Origin: Octopus sinensis
Lineage: Eukaryota
DNA: 64,000 nt
NCBI RefSeq assembly: GCF_006345805.1
Contig: NC_043002.1
Span: 53,506,001-53,570,000 of the forward strand
Reading direction: 5' to 3'
The position numbers and the translations under genes were made by a program. Below, one piece after another: positions 1 to 12,289 of the stretch (its first letter is position 1; every line of letters begins with the position of its first letter). Below the pieces are notes generated by a model, which saw only the letters and a list, made by a program, of their open reading frames with translations, had not been told where the DNA came from and ran no database searches.

Positions 1-224
1 CCAAGTTCCATGCCAGTAACATAGACTTCCAAAGATGAAAACAAAAATACACGATAAAGAAACATATTTTAATGGTATTTAATGCAATTTAATGTTTGAG
101 AAAATATGTAAAAAAAATGCCAAATAGTAAAATTTGAAATATTCAGATTACATACCACCGTAAAAAGATCTGCCTAATCAGATTGTTTTTATGAAAAGTT
201 GACAATTCTACAATTATCAGTGCA

Positions 225-1760
225 ATAAAACCACTGTGCATTACTAGTAGATGTCTTGTAGAGTCTCCATGTTGGCTGATATTTGTTGAAGATCCTGCCT
301 ATTTGTTTGTCAAGGTTAGCTCCGTTAGGTTTTTTTTTATTTCTAAGTATTCCACGACGCTTCAGTTTTACAAACTGATTTAAAAAGCTGAGTGATTCAC
401 AGCAGAAAGTTGCACTGCAAATTAAGATGAGCCTAAACTAATTTCATTAAGTTCAGAAGATTTTCTGAACTACTTTACAGAAGTAAATTGTAGTCTGTCT
501 AAGTAATTCATTTTTTAAAATTCAGGTACTCGTGTAATTCCATTAATTTCATTTCCACATTAGATGAATATTGAAGTGGATGATCGATCGAGAAATGGAC
601 ATCAACTATGAATAACTTAATATAGCCGAAAGAAGCCTTCAGCTTCTGCAAATCATAAATTCTGGATAGGAAATTTTTAAGAAAACCTTTTCAATCTATT
701 TTCTAACCCCCCCCCCCAGTTAGTAGTCTTTTATTTCACATACATGGCAATGTACTTAACGTTTCTTGAAAATATAGGTTACTTGAAAAACGTCTATTTT
801 AAAAGCTGAATTTGTTTTTAAGAAAGCTGTTGTAGTTTCGCTTGGAAAGTACAGCTGGAACTTTGTAAATGGTACATTATTTCGATAATGCACATCAGAT
901 CTTCCATTTATTTAGAATTTTCATGTTGGGGGCTATTTATTTTTTCTGCAAGAAAACTTATAATTGGTTCCAAACGATATACAAGGCTATCCACAAATTT
1001 ACTGATTAGCAGCTACCTCAGAATGCAGTAGAGGCATATTCAAGGTCTTGTTGTTCAATAAAATTCTTGAAAAGCTGAAATTTCTCATTTAAAATTGCAT
1101 AAAATTGGCAAGTTTAAAGCAAGAGTTCATACGCTTCATACGTGAAGTATCTGACTGCTAGGTAGGTGTTCATGACGAATAATGCAAGGAATAAGGAGAC
1201 GTCATGCACATAAGCCTATATTTTCGCTGCCATTACAGATGCTTAATCTATTGCAGCACTGACGAGTTTATTCAGTAGAACAACAACATTTGTTAAACCT
1301 ACGTCAAAAAACTTTTAATGAAATTACCACGTGTTGTTTCTTTTAATGTCACTGAGCCTAATATCTCTTCTTTCGTAGTTGCATTAGGGGAAACGTAACG
1401 AATAACTACTGTCAGTTGTAGGTTGACAGGTAAACCTGTAGATTTGTCAACAGGTAAGCTAAAGACAAGAGAATTGCTTCAAACCATCTGGCATTTTGCT
1501 TAAAATTTCAGCACTGATCTGGAATATACACCACTCTGTAGTTTATGCTACTAACCGCTGCAGTTTCTTGTTTTTGTTTTAACAAATACTGCATCTTCTT
1601 TAGTAATACTTTTCTCAGCAAATTCGCTGTTAATATAGACGTTTAGCATTTATAATATATATGGCTTTATAATACAAACTCCAGGTATACTCTGTCGATT
1701 TTTAACTGAACGTTGTCATTATCGTCTTACTGATTATTTATTGATTATTTTAACACCGTT
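225..1760 (-). mobile_element. Decayed hAT-superfamily transposase (GTF2IRD2/SPIN-like), many stops and frameshifts
   Basis: Manual minus-strand translation gives hAT motifs in the expected order: FSLPVDKST..QLTVVIRYVS (cf. FSLALDESTD..QLAVFIRYV), EILGSVTLKETTRG, CIIRHEHL (cf. HCIIHQE), LRWLLISK (cf. VRWLS), W.EDL..I..HL, NFLSRFYDLQKLK, EMKLMELHE, SATFCCESL (cf. STYxCExxFS, dimerisation domain). Absent from the ORF track. Confidence 0.75.
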
Positions 1761-2799
1761 AATATATTTACCTTCTAATTTTTCACGAATAATCATTCGA
1801 AATATTTTTGATATTTGATTCATTGTAAGATTCATATTAACTTTAGAGCGACTGAATGACACGTGGCAAGTAAGAATCAAAGATTTATCTCCTTTAACAA
1901 TGAATGGAAAAGTTTTTCTCCATTTATGCCTTAAAATTTCTAATTTTTCATTTTAATATTTTCATTCTTTACGACTTAATGTCGCCATCTTCCACCAAAA
2001 TATATTCGCAGACTCAAAACACGTAATTGAAGAGTACCAGCTTGATCTGCTACAACCAAACTGTTATATCTAATTGGCAGCAAATCAAAATACGCCTATA
2101 TTTCCCTACTTTAGAATTTTTGCTATCTTTTAAATAAATTTAAATTATCTTACCTTTTTTATTTATTTCGATCGATCGTATAAACATTTTTAAAAAATAG
2201 ACAGTTGACAGGATAAGTGGCATAATAGACGTTTTTCACTATTTCGATCTTTTTTATGAACGTTTTAAAGTCAATAAGGCTTTCATTTCTTTCTTTCTTG
2301 AAACGTTTAACAAAACCAGCGGGGGTAGGTAATTATATATACATATACCATTCTGGTGACCCCTTGGCAGTTATGTCCAACTACTACTTAAAAACTTTGC
2401 TGTTGTTGTTATAATCGATGTTATTTTTTCTGGAATACTTTCAACGAACAGGCATTCTAACCGTGACCATCCCAACTTCTCATTTAAGGTTTCTTCGGAT
2501 GACATTATCCGACGAGTACCTTTCCAAAATGGAAGTGTGATCTGAGGGAAATTTGATCGGTATATCTAGTGGGTCGAACTACCACGTAGTAGTAGCTCCC
2601 TCGTTGGCTCCAATACAGATTGTATGCCTTCGAGAAGTTAAAGCACAAGGACTAAAAGGCAGATCTTTTTGTGAAAAGTGAAATATACCGAAATTGGAAT
2701 TGTTACATGTGGTACATAATAATAAGCGCTGAGTGTAAATTTAGAACATAAAACTCTGTAGCAGCTTTAATACAAGATCTACTGAATTGATGGGTAGTT

Positions 2800-2810
2800 G
2801 AGAAGAAGAA

Positions 2811-2845
<35 letters not shown>

Positions 2846-2945
2846 AGAGAAGAAGAAGAAGAAGAAGAAGAAGAAGAAGAAGAAGAAGAAGAAGAAGAAG
2901 AAGAAGAAGAAGAAGATGATGATGATGATGAAGAGGAAGAAGAAG
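2800..2945. repeat. (GAA)n/(GAT)n microsatellite
   Basis: Seen directly. Confidence 0.95.
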
Positions 2946-3438
2946 CTTCAGTACTGTAACAACACTATAGCAACCAAACGGATTAAAGACGAAGTAGGCC
3001 CCAGTGTTATTTGAACAATGCTAACTCGCAGCCTTATAACGACGCGTAATTTCATGGCGCAAAGTTAGATATTTGTAAAACGGGAGATTATGCGGAAGAC
3101 TAAATCGACTCATGGACATTACTGGCATTTTTTAAATAAATACTTAACAAATGTAAATATTGGGACTGAGATGTATGATACATATGGATGTATAGGGTAA
3201 CAAAACACTACAAGTAGGTCTGGTAATCTACTGACTATTTACAAAAAATAATAAATATCTAAAAACAAGGTCACGTTGTAGTGAAAATAATAGACTATCG
3301 AGGAGAGTTCGAATTCGGTTGAGGTTACCTAGTCTCTCATACATCACAGAAGGACAAAATAAAGTATCTGCCAAGTAGTGAGACCGCCATTTGTAATTTA
3401 AGTGGAAATCAGAAAAGAAGCTATTGTAATTATATTAT

Positions 3439-3624
3439 AGGCGCAGGAGTGGTTGTGTGGTAAGTAGCTTGCTTACCAACCACATGGTTCCGGGTTCAGT
3501 CACTATGCGTGGCATCTTGGGCAAGTGTCTTCTACTAAAGCCCCGGGCCGATCAAAGCCTTGTGAGTGGATCTGGTAGACGGAAACTGAAAGAAGCCCGT
3601 CGTATACATGTATATGTATATATA

Positions 3625-3671
<47 letters not shown>

Positions 3672-3922
3672 ATATATATATGTGTGTGTGGTGTGTGTGT
3701 GTGTTTGTTTGTTTGTCCCCTCAAAATCGCTTGACAACCGATACTGGTGTGTTTACGTCCCCGTAAATTACCGGTTCGGCAAAGGAGACCGATAGAGTAA
3801 GCACTAGGCGTACAAAGGATAAGTCCTCTGGGTCGATTTGCTCGACTAAAGGCGGTGCTCCAGCATGGCCGCAGTCAAATGTCTGAAACAAGTAAAAGAG
3901 TAAAAGAGTAAAGTGTAAGAGT
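3439..3922 (+). mobile_element. tRNA-derived SINE, family A, full length, with internal (TA)n/(TG)n
   Basis: A-box-like TGGTTGTGTGGT, B-box-like GGTTCAGTC, body shared with more than 10 other copies in the window, 3' tail GGCGGTGCTCCAGCATGGCCGCAG...(TAAAAGAG)n. Confidence 0.9.
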
Positions 3923-4042
3923 AATAACAATAAGTTTGCACATTTCCTATGATAGCAATAAGAATATACGTTTCCTATATTTTCTTGTGCAAATATTAAC
4001 AGAGAACTCAATGAAAAAAAATTATTCTGTTCTAGGGCAACG

Positions 4043-4075
<33 letters not shown>

Positions 4076-4474
4076 TACGTATAAACAAATATGCATACAC
4101 ACACATACATACGAATGTACGCACACGCAGACATACGCAGACACACGCACATGGATACCTGAGTATGCGTATTCTATATATACTCTTTTTTTCACTGGAT
4201 ATACATCCATGATTATGTAAAAACAAATTCTAACAGAAATCTGCATCACATCATTATTTTTTTTTCACGTATATGATGTTAATATTTATAACAAATTATT
4301 TCTTTTTATGTTTCATTTAGATTTAAGCCAATTTACATATTATTCTATATCAGTCTCTGCTTCAATTCTTCTGTCTACTTCGGTCCCTTGGCAAGCGTTG
4401 AACATTGAACAATTCTTTTAATATCTAAGAAAAAAATATTCCTGTTCCTATTAAACGTGTGTGTGTGTGCGTGT

Positions 4475-4512
<38 letters not shown>

Positions 4513-5039
4513 CTGTCTCTCTATAAATTTATAATTTGTGTGTGTGTTTGTGTGTGTGAGTGTGCGTGTGTGTGTATGTGTGTGATTTCACAAATATGTA
4601 CTGTGAAAATGAAAGGTTGGAGCAGCTAAAGAATGCCGTATTCGATAATAAAGAAATCGTTTGAAAAGAAAACCTTTGCCATCTGATATGCCGATGTGGT
4701 CAATTAATTGTGCCTGTTTGCTGGGAAAGCGATAAATGTTACGTAATCGATATCAAACGATTCTTCCATTTTCTTGGTCCTGATGAAATTATCCCTTGTT
4801 TGATCCGCATTAATAGAGATGAAAGCTGTCTCCTGTGATTTGTATATAAGTACATTATTAACATCCCTCTTCGATCTGAGCATTATCGATTCATGAATTT
4901 TACGGATCGCCAAGGCTGTGTATCATGCAATATATTTTTTATAACATAACTTCTTTTCTAATATATTCTGGTATTCTTTGAAAAAGAAAAGGCAGGTGTT
5001 AAAAATAGATCTTGATGAAACGATGTCTATATCAGATAG

Positions 5040-5240
5040 TCAACGTCCGACGTTTGATCTCTTATTGATTCGAGTAAAACAATTGTAAAAACCTATGTAA
5101 ATATGATCTGCCTTACAAAAATTATTAAGAGTAGAGATGTGTTCTGCTAGGTTGACGAATTTTCTTGAAACTCCACCGTGACTTGTTCGTAAAATTTTTT
5201 CATGCATATCAAAGTAGATTTCTTTCACACACATAATTGT
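5040..5240 (-). mobile_element. Possible remnant of an integrase zinc-binding region (KRBA2/Ginger-like)
   Basis: KEIYFDMHEKILRTSHGGVSRK resembles the xxFDxIHxxHxxTGHGGRDRM motif. No clear DDE core follows. Confidence 0.3.
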
Positions 5241-5699
5241 TCTCCGCTAACAGTTAACTTGCTTAAGACTTTTGGTTTTAAATACTGCAAGCAAAAATTA
5301 TATGACATTCTTTCATGATAACTATTACGGAGTCAAGCTTTCTATAAAGTAGTGTCATTTAGTAATTCCAAAGGCTGAATAGTAGTAAATATAGACTTTC
5401 AAATATTTCTTTCTGAGTTATACAGCTTTGATGTTGACATAAAGAAGTGGAACTATTCTTCAATCGTAATGATTCTAGTAATTTCAGGAAAATTCCATTT
5501 GGGAGTTCTGTTATATATTTCATCTTCCATATGGTCTTCAAATCAATAGTTTGCAAATTAGATTAAGTTACGCTTCTTTACATCAGTAAGATCTAGCTCT
5601 TCGTGGAATTTATCTACAGAAGGATGGAGTAAGCAAACGTTTATTTTTTTGCCTGAATTAATAAAGCATTGGGGATAATATAAAACCTGTTGATTTGAC

Positions 5700-6427
5700 C
5701 ATCATTAGTTATGTTACAAGGTTCTGGGTTGCTTGCTCGGACACTGGCAAAGAAACCATTAATCTCCAAAAATAATCAAAGAGACCGTCTTCGTTTCCCT
5801 TACAAACATGTCGTTTGGACAGAAGAACAGTGGTCATGGGTTCATTTTAGCGGTGAATCGAAGTTTAATGTGACTGCTTCCGATGGCAGGATGTACCTCC
5901 GACAAAGAAGTGGCGAAAGATTATCTTATACATGTGTGAAGTAGAGAGTGAAAGATGGAAGAGGCAGTATAATGGTATGGGGCGTGATCTCTGCTGCTGG
6001 TTCCGATTCACTTAATTGCCTACAAGCGACTGTCAATGCTGAAATCTATAAGCAGTTTCTTAGACAGCATGCTCTTCCACATCTCCGATCCCCATCAGTT
6101 CAACTTCATATCTTCGTACAAGACAACCCTCCCTGTCACGCTGCAAAGAGAGACAAAGATTTTTTGAGTGATGAAGGGGTTGATCTCATGGACTGGCCAC
6201 CTCGAAGTCCCGATCTCAACCCTAAACAAAACGTTTGGAAGATTATTTATTCATAAGCTCATAACTTACGGAGTGTTTGGTCTATTCACTTCAAATTTTC
6301 ACGAAAGACATATATTAGATATATCTAAATATCTGTAAAATACCTAATCTCAATGTGTTGTTAATCTTCTATAATAAATATTTCAATACATTTGTTCTTA
6401 CTGGCCCTTATATTATGGCCGCTACTG
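5700..6427 (+). mobile_element. Tc1-family (DD34E) transposon, 5'-truncated and inactive
   Basis: ORFs 5711-5944 and 5948-6256 are in one frame, split by a TAG. Motifs: KKPLIS, W..VHFSGESKF (first D changed to G), GSIMVWG, QDNPPCH, WPPRSPDLNPKQNVW (E changed to Q). A right TIR-like end ...TATTATGGCCGCTACTG is followed by TA at 6428-6429. No left TIR found. Confidence 0.9.
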
Positions 6428-6460
<33 letters not shown>

Positions 6461-7109
6461 TATATATCAAAACAACAGTTTGCAATTTTTACCAAAAAGG
6501 AGACTTTCAAAATGTCACAAAATGTGACTGGAGTGTTATGAAGCATCTGTTTTGCTAGAAATAACAACTAAATCGATCTAATGCTATAGTTAACTCACAT
6601 AATGAATGAAAATTACAGCATTAGAACGGTTTAACTCTTATTTCTAACAATGTAGGTGTTTCCTAACACCCTAGTCACATTTAGTGACATTTGTAATTCT
6701 CATTTTTTGTGAAACATTGCAATATGCTGTTCATTTTAATTATACATATACACATTAGTGAATCGCTCTATCATCCAATTATTTGAATGACGAGAACATA
6801 AATACTAATGGCAATGCAAGTCTAGAAGGATCCGAATAGTCGAACTGTCTTAACTGATAAGGCAACGGAAATTGCCGAAACTGACGAGTCAGTATTAAGA
6901 ATTCTCGATCGGCTCTTTTCGAGCGATTATGGTTCCAGCTAGTGTGTGTTTTCATTCATGGGCGTTAACTACCGCATTAGAGCGACTTAGCTTTTATTTC
7001 TAGCAATGTATGAGTAAACAAACACTCTAGTCACATTTAGTGAGACACACAGACACACACACACATATATATAGTTGAAAAAAGTTTAGAGATCTATACA
7101 AATCAAATG

Positions 7110-7148
<39 letters not shown>

Positions 7149-7207
7149 TGTGTGTGTATGTATGTATGTATTATTACTTAACTTTACATCAAGTCATATA
7201 TATACAG

Positions 7208-7241
<34 letters not shown>

Positions 7242-7752
7242 TATATAATATATATATATGTTCATATACATAATATATATAAGGCATATGATCAACAATG
7301 TATTAGAGATCTAAAGAAGCCAGTAAAAGATAAGGGGTAATAACGAAGCCGGAATGCACAAAATTTGAAAGAAAAATATAAATAAAAATCTAAATGAGGG
7401 GAAAAAGATGCGTTACGCATCAACATTTATATGGTTTGCTATAAATAACACATCAAAGTCAAAACCATATTATGACTTATATTAGCTTTATCAAAAAAAA
7501 AAATAAACAAAAGCAATAATTCAAACAAATATAAGGAATTTAAAGGGCAAACTGAAGAATCGAAGTGCTTATTGTTTTGCTTAATAAATATGATGTTAAA
7601 AACATATTTGTTTTTTCTTTTAATCTTCAATCTTTTTGCCGCTTTGCAGAAAGATCTTGTTTGAAACAAGTAGTACTTACCATGCAACTACCGAAAGACT
7701 ACTACTGCTATTATTGCCGCCACCACCACCACTATTCCCACTACTCCCACTA

Positions 7753-7754
<2 letters not shown>

Positions 7755-7802
<48 letters not shown>

Positions 7803-8450
7803 GCTTTTCATTCAATTTTTCTTTCCATTTCTTACTGAGTGTCTTCCCGACTCCTAGTGCAAAGAAACTCACTGAATACATTGACAGACCAAACTCAAAA
7901 GATTGTTTATCCTGTCATGTGAAAAAGCAAAAGAAAGTATAAAGTAGGAACAGAAGGAAGAAACAAAAACAAGGTAACAATTTTACATTGATTTTAATCG
8001 TTCTCACAGCGACAATATTCTTCTTAATACGTGTGCCGTACCAAATAATACAATCTTTTGCTCTTTTCGCACGGATCATTCTCAAATAATTTTCAGTTCC
8101 ATTTTTGATCACTACAAGTACGCTTGCAATCACAAGTAGTAACCACATTCTGAAGCCACATTCTTTTGATTTCAATGAGCAAACTTTGTTTTCTGAGCTT
8201 GTCAAATTCTTTTGTGAAATATTATGATCGCAAGGAATACTAATATCGATCAATAAACAGATGTTAATATTTTAGTCTTTCGCAACCATATCCTGTTTAT
8301 TAACTTTAATAGTTCTGTCTGCCTGTACTGGAAAGTCCCAAAGAATAGTTTTATTTTCTCCCTCAATTACAGTCTCAGGTGGTGCTTATACCATTTGCAA
8401 AGAGTTTTGATTTTATTATGCTGACATATTAATCAATATAGATACTGGAA
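7755..8450 (-). mobile_element. 3' end of an R4/Dong-type non-LTR retrotransposon (RLE endonuclease), ending in a (TAG)n tract
   Basis: Minus-strand translation KWYKH-PETVIEGENKTILWDFPVQADRTIKVNKQDMVAKD*NINICLLIDISIPCDHNIS...GTENYLRMI matches the PD-(D/E)xK RLE C-terminus, followed by a short 3' UTR and (TAG)n. Confidence 0.75.
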
Positions 8451-8457
8451 TTATCTG

Positions 8458-8761
8458 GAGTTTGAAAAATTTACCTCGGACAACATAGGTGTTTCGTTCA
8501 TTATCCTTAAACATTGAGCGGCATGGCTAGTCAGCATGAAAAAATTGTAACTGGGCCCAATCTGCAAGGTCATGCGCTGTCTGTCTTAATATAAAGTCAC
8601 CATGTCACGTACATAAAGATGTGATGCATGTGGTTGGTGTAATCTTATCAGACGAGTAGTCGTGATGCGTATATTTGGCTTTGTCGATCACTTTGATCAC
8701 TTTGTCATTTTGGTGGCATGCATTGCATCTCACTCAATAATAATAATAATAATAATAATAA

Positions 8762-8800
<39 letters not shown>
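8458..8800 (+). mobile_element. Older, 5'-truncated copy of the unclassified (AAT)n-tailed element at 10111-10680
   Basis: Matches the reverse complement of about 10111-10400 (e.g. ACTGGGCCC..CTGCAAGGTCATG, ATCAGACG.GTAGTC.TGATG, CTCACTC-AATAAT). Confidence 0.75.
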
Positions 8801-8803
<3 letters not shown>

Positions 8804-9149
8804 AAGAAGAAGAAGAAGAAGAAGAAGAAGAAGAAGAAGAAGAAGAAGAAGAGATGGTATACAACAACATGAACGCCCGAAACTTTTGTCTCACTGACCT
8901 CCTCTCCATTTCCACTATAAGTTATAACTTGGAAATGGTTTTCTGGTCTTCGGTGATGATGAATACCTGATATTCTTGTAATTTATATATTGCTGCGGGT
9001 GACTCTCGGCACTCACTGACCGCCCATTTTAAGTAGTAAAGGTTAACTACAAACCAAGATGGTCGGTGTTGGTGTCTCTGCTGCCCAGGCACTGTGGCCC
9101 GTTTCTGCGGATAAGACTTGCCTAACTTCGCGTTTTATTCAGTCTTAGG

Positions 9150-9298
9150 TGCGTGGTTAAAAACCTAGCTATACAATCAAATGACTGAAGATTCAGTCCT
9201 GCTGTGCGGCACATTAGGGGAGTCTCTTCTGCATTAATTCTGGGCCAACCAAAGCCTTGTAAGTGAATTTGATAGACTGTCTGAAAGCCTGTCATACC

Positions 9299-9329
<31 letters not shown>

Positions 9330-9408
9330 TGTGTGTGTGTGTGTGTGTGTGCGTTTAGTATGTATGCATTTGTATATCTGTGTGCGTATATGTGTGTGTA
9401 TCCTTGTA

Positions 9409-9439
<31 letters not shown>

Positions 9440-9670
9440 TGTGTGTGTTGTTTATATCTATGTGTGTATGTATATATGTGTTTGTGCTTGTGTTTGTCAC
9501 CCACAACTTTAAACCAGTATTACTTTGTCCCCGAAACTTAGCGATTTCACAAAGAGGACCGGTAGAATTCTTTAAATGTACTGGGGTGCTAGTTTTTAGA
9601 CTAAATCCTTCTAGGTGGTGCCCAGTATAGCTGCGGTCCTATAACTGAAACAATTAAGAGTTAAAAGATA
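9150..9670 (+). mobile_element. Degenerate SINE family A
   Basis: Recognisable head, GGGCCAACCAAAGCCTTGT, internal TG/TA array, GGTGGTGCCCAG..ACTGAAACAA tail. Confidence 0.7.
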
Positions 9671-10110
9671 CATATCACGTGCGCCTCTTGATTGAGTAGA
9701 CTTTTTGTTACACATTGATCAAAACTCTCTTCTATTTCCCAACCAATGCCATATAAACAAATTTTAATTTACTTTTTAAAAACCTTCCTCCTACTTGTTT
9801 GAGCAAATTCCTTCTTAGATGCGAATAAAAACAATGACAAATAGTAGAGGTGTATAGGCTATCACCTTAAATGATACTCAGATATATTTTGAATTATCCA
9901 TGTGGGTGCCCTCCAGCTTTTTAGTTCAGTTTCTCAATTTTCCGTGCTCACTCGTATGAGTTCAGTGATGCTATGTGCAACTTTAGTAGACTGAATGTCG
10001 TTTTGGGATGTCAAACTCTACTCTACGTTCTTGTTGTTGTGGTCGTTGTTGTTGTTATTATTTTTATTACTATTATTGTTTTTGTTGTAATCATTATTAT
10101 TATTATTATT

Positions 10111-10680
10111 GAGTGAGAGAGCAGTTCATGCCATCAAAGTGACACTGGGGTAAAATATACGAAGCCCAATATACCCATCATGACTACCCGTCTGATAAGG
10201 GTACACCAGGCACATGCATCACAACCATATGTGCGCGACATGGTGATCTCATATCAAGATAAACAGCACATGACCTTGCAGGTGGGGCCCAGTTAGAATT
10301 TTCTTCAGGTTGAGTAGCCCATCCCGCTCAAGCGGTCCCTGAATAAGGGTTTTTAAGGATGTTGAACGAAGCACCCATGTTTCCAGAGGTGAATTATTCA
10401 AACCGCAAAGAATCCCTCTCAACACATGGCTATGATGCTCCCCCACTACTTCTGCTCGTGATCAGAGATGCACATGTCGTCAGCCACTAAGGGACATGCT
10501 CAACTGGTTAAGGTCAAACAACTGACAAGCAAATCTGTGGTATTGAGCAGAATATTTGCTGTAGCCCATCTTTTATACCAAGACAAAACAATGTACATGA
10601 TAACACTTCCAATCAGTTAAGGTCAGAAGCCATGAGAGCCATTGCCTGGTACTGCATCAAGCCATTGCCTGGTACTGCAT
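10111..10680 (-). mobile_element. Unclassified ~570-bp non-coding retroposon-like element embedded in (TAA)n
   Basis: Second copy at 8458-8735. (AAT)n tail on the minus strand and (TAT)n on both flanks. 21-nt terminal duplication at 10637-10657 and 10660-10680. Confidence 0.7.
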
Positions 10681-10702
10681 TATTATTATTATATTATTAT
10701 TA

Positions 10703-10746
<44 letters not shown>

Positions 10747-10762
10747 TATTATTATTATTATT

Positions 10763-10798
<36 letters not shown>
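10681..10798. repeat. (TAT)n/(GTT)n microsatellite
   Basis: Seen directly. Confidence 0.95.
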
Positions 10799-11019
10799 AA
10801 ATGGTTGAACAATTAATTGATTGAGCGATTGATTGATAGATAGATAGATTGATTGGTTCAAGCTTCCGTTTGAAAGTATGCATTATGAATGTTATGAAAT
10901 GAATCTATTTTCCCATGTGCGATCTGTACAGCTGAAGTGAAGCACAACTAATTCTGTAAGGACGTTGACATTGCTGTCAATAAGAAGCAAAAATTAAACC
11001 ATATCAGGAATAAAAGAAG

Positions 11020-11330
11020 CAGAATTAAAAGGGTGATTTGAAATCACTGTTATTATAAGTAGATTTGAAATCAGCGTTATTGACTTGTGATATTACGAGG
11101 CAATTATTAGAATATTCGAACATAAAAATGAAGGAAGCGAAATTCCTAAATGTTTTTTTAAATAAGTCTGATGGATTATGTTCGACCAAAAATATAATCT
11201 GAATTTCAGCATATAACACCACCACTATAGCGAACTTAATTTTTCCAGTAATATTTCTAACAAAAGCTTTGTTGGTAGTAGCTACATGGGTAGTTAAGAG
11301 TAAAATCATGTGCCTATCTTTGCCTTTAGC
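11020..11330 (+). mobile_element. Possible very old Penelope RT/thumb remnant
   Basis: Weak motifs FEITVII and NIKMKEAKFLNVFLNKSDG (cf. GLKITIEANLKxVNFLDVTLNL). Confidence 0.3.
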
Positions 11331-11599
11331 CTGCAACCCCTTGAAAGGGTTTTAGGAATGCATTTTGTGAATTTACTCCATAACTTTTATGGTATTTCCC
11401 ATAATTTATCGCTAGGTTTCCACCTTAGAAATACTAAATTTCAATTTTGACGTAATTTCTAAACATTCTCAAGAACCTCTATTTCCTTTTCAGTTTTACT
11501 GTCTAGATTTAGGAGAGATACTGTTTAGCTTTCAGACCTCATGTATTCCATCATTCTCCTGGACTGATCACAGCCGAAACCTTTGTGGAAAATAGTCAA

Positions 11600-11750
11600 C
11601 GATAAATTTAAAAGAAGAGAAAGAAAAGATCGACTCCGGTACAGGACTGTTACTGTATTTCTCAAATACATAACTATGAAAGGCAATGTAGAACTCCGTT
11701 GTATTTGACCTCAGAGCCTTAAATAGTCAGAAAGATTACAATTATCGCAA
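11600..11750 (-). mobile_element. Degenerate SINE family B fragment
   Basis: ATGAAAGGCAA...GACCTCAGA resembles the reverse complement of the family B body. Confidence 0.45.
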
Positions 11751-12073
11751 ATCAATCTGCCCGACGATCTAACTACTCTGCCAGTCAGTCAAGATAAAAA
11801 ACATATGCTCACAACAACAATAGGTCAAATTATTGACAGCATTCTGTCAATGATATAAAAAATATGAAGAATATCAAGATCTATATTAAGTGATTGATAT
11901 ACGCATGACACTAATGTAACGACAAGACGTACATATAGTTGTGCGACTAATAACGTCACTTAGCAAACGTTAATCTAGATTTGTTTTCATCGCATGGCAT
12001 CTTGAGCAGGGCTTTTCTACTGTACTTTCAAGGTGGTTAAAGCTTTATGAGTACAATTTGATTAGCAGAAACA

Positions 12074-12133
<60 letters not shown>

Positions 12134-12165
12134 TATGAATATATATATATACACATACGTATATA

Positions 12166-12217
<52 letters not shown>

Positions 12218-12289
12218 TATATATGTATATATAGTATACGAAACTGCATACAAGCATCCTTACATTTATAATAGCGCCTGTGTGAGTAT

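Noticed and set aside
3439-3520. tRNA genes at SINE heads
   Set aside because: A and B boxes are present, but there is no complete cloverleaf and each continues into a SINE body.
6637-7045. Imperfect ~50-bp direct repeat (ATTTCTA.CAATGTA...CTAGTCACATTTAGTGA)
   Set aside because: Real but short and diverged. Most simply a small local duplication or paired repeat remnants, with no functional signal.
7803-8800. Head-to-head RLE fragment and (AAT)n-tailed element as one twin-primed inverted insertion
   Set aside because: The RLE fragment has its own 3' UTR and (TAG)n tail, unrelated to the adjacent element, so these are two separate insertions.
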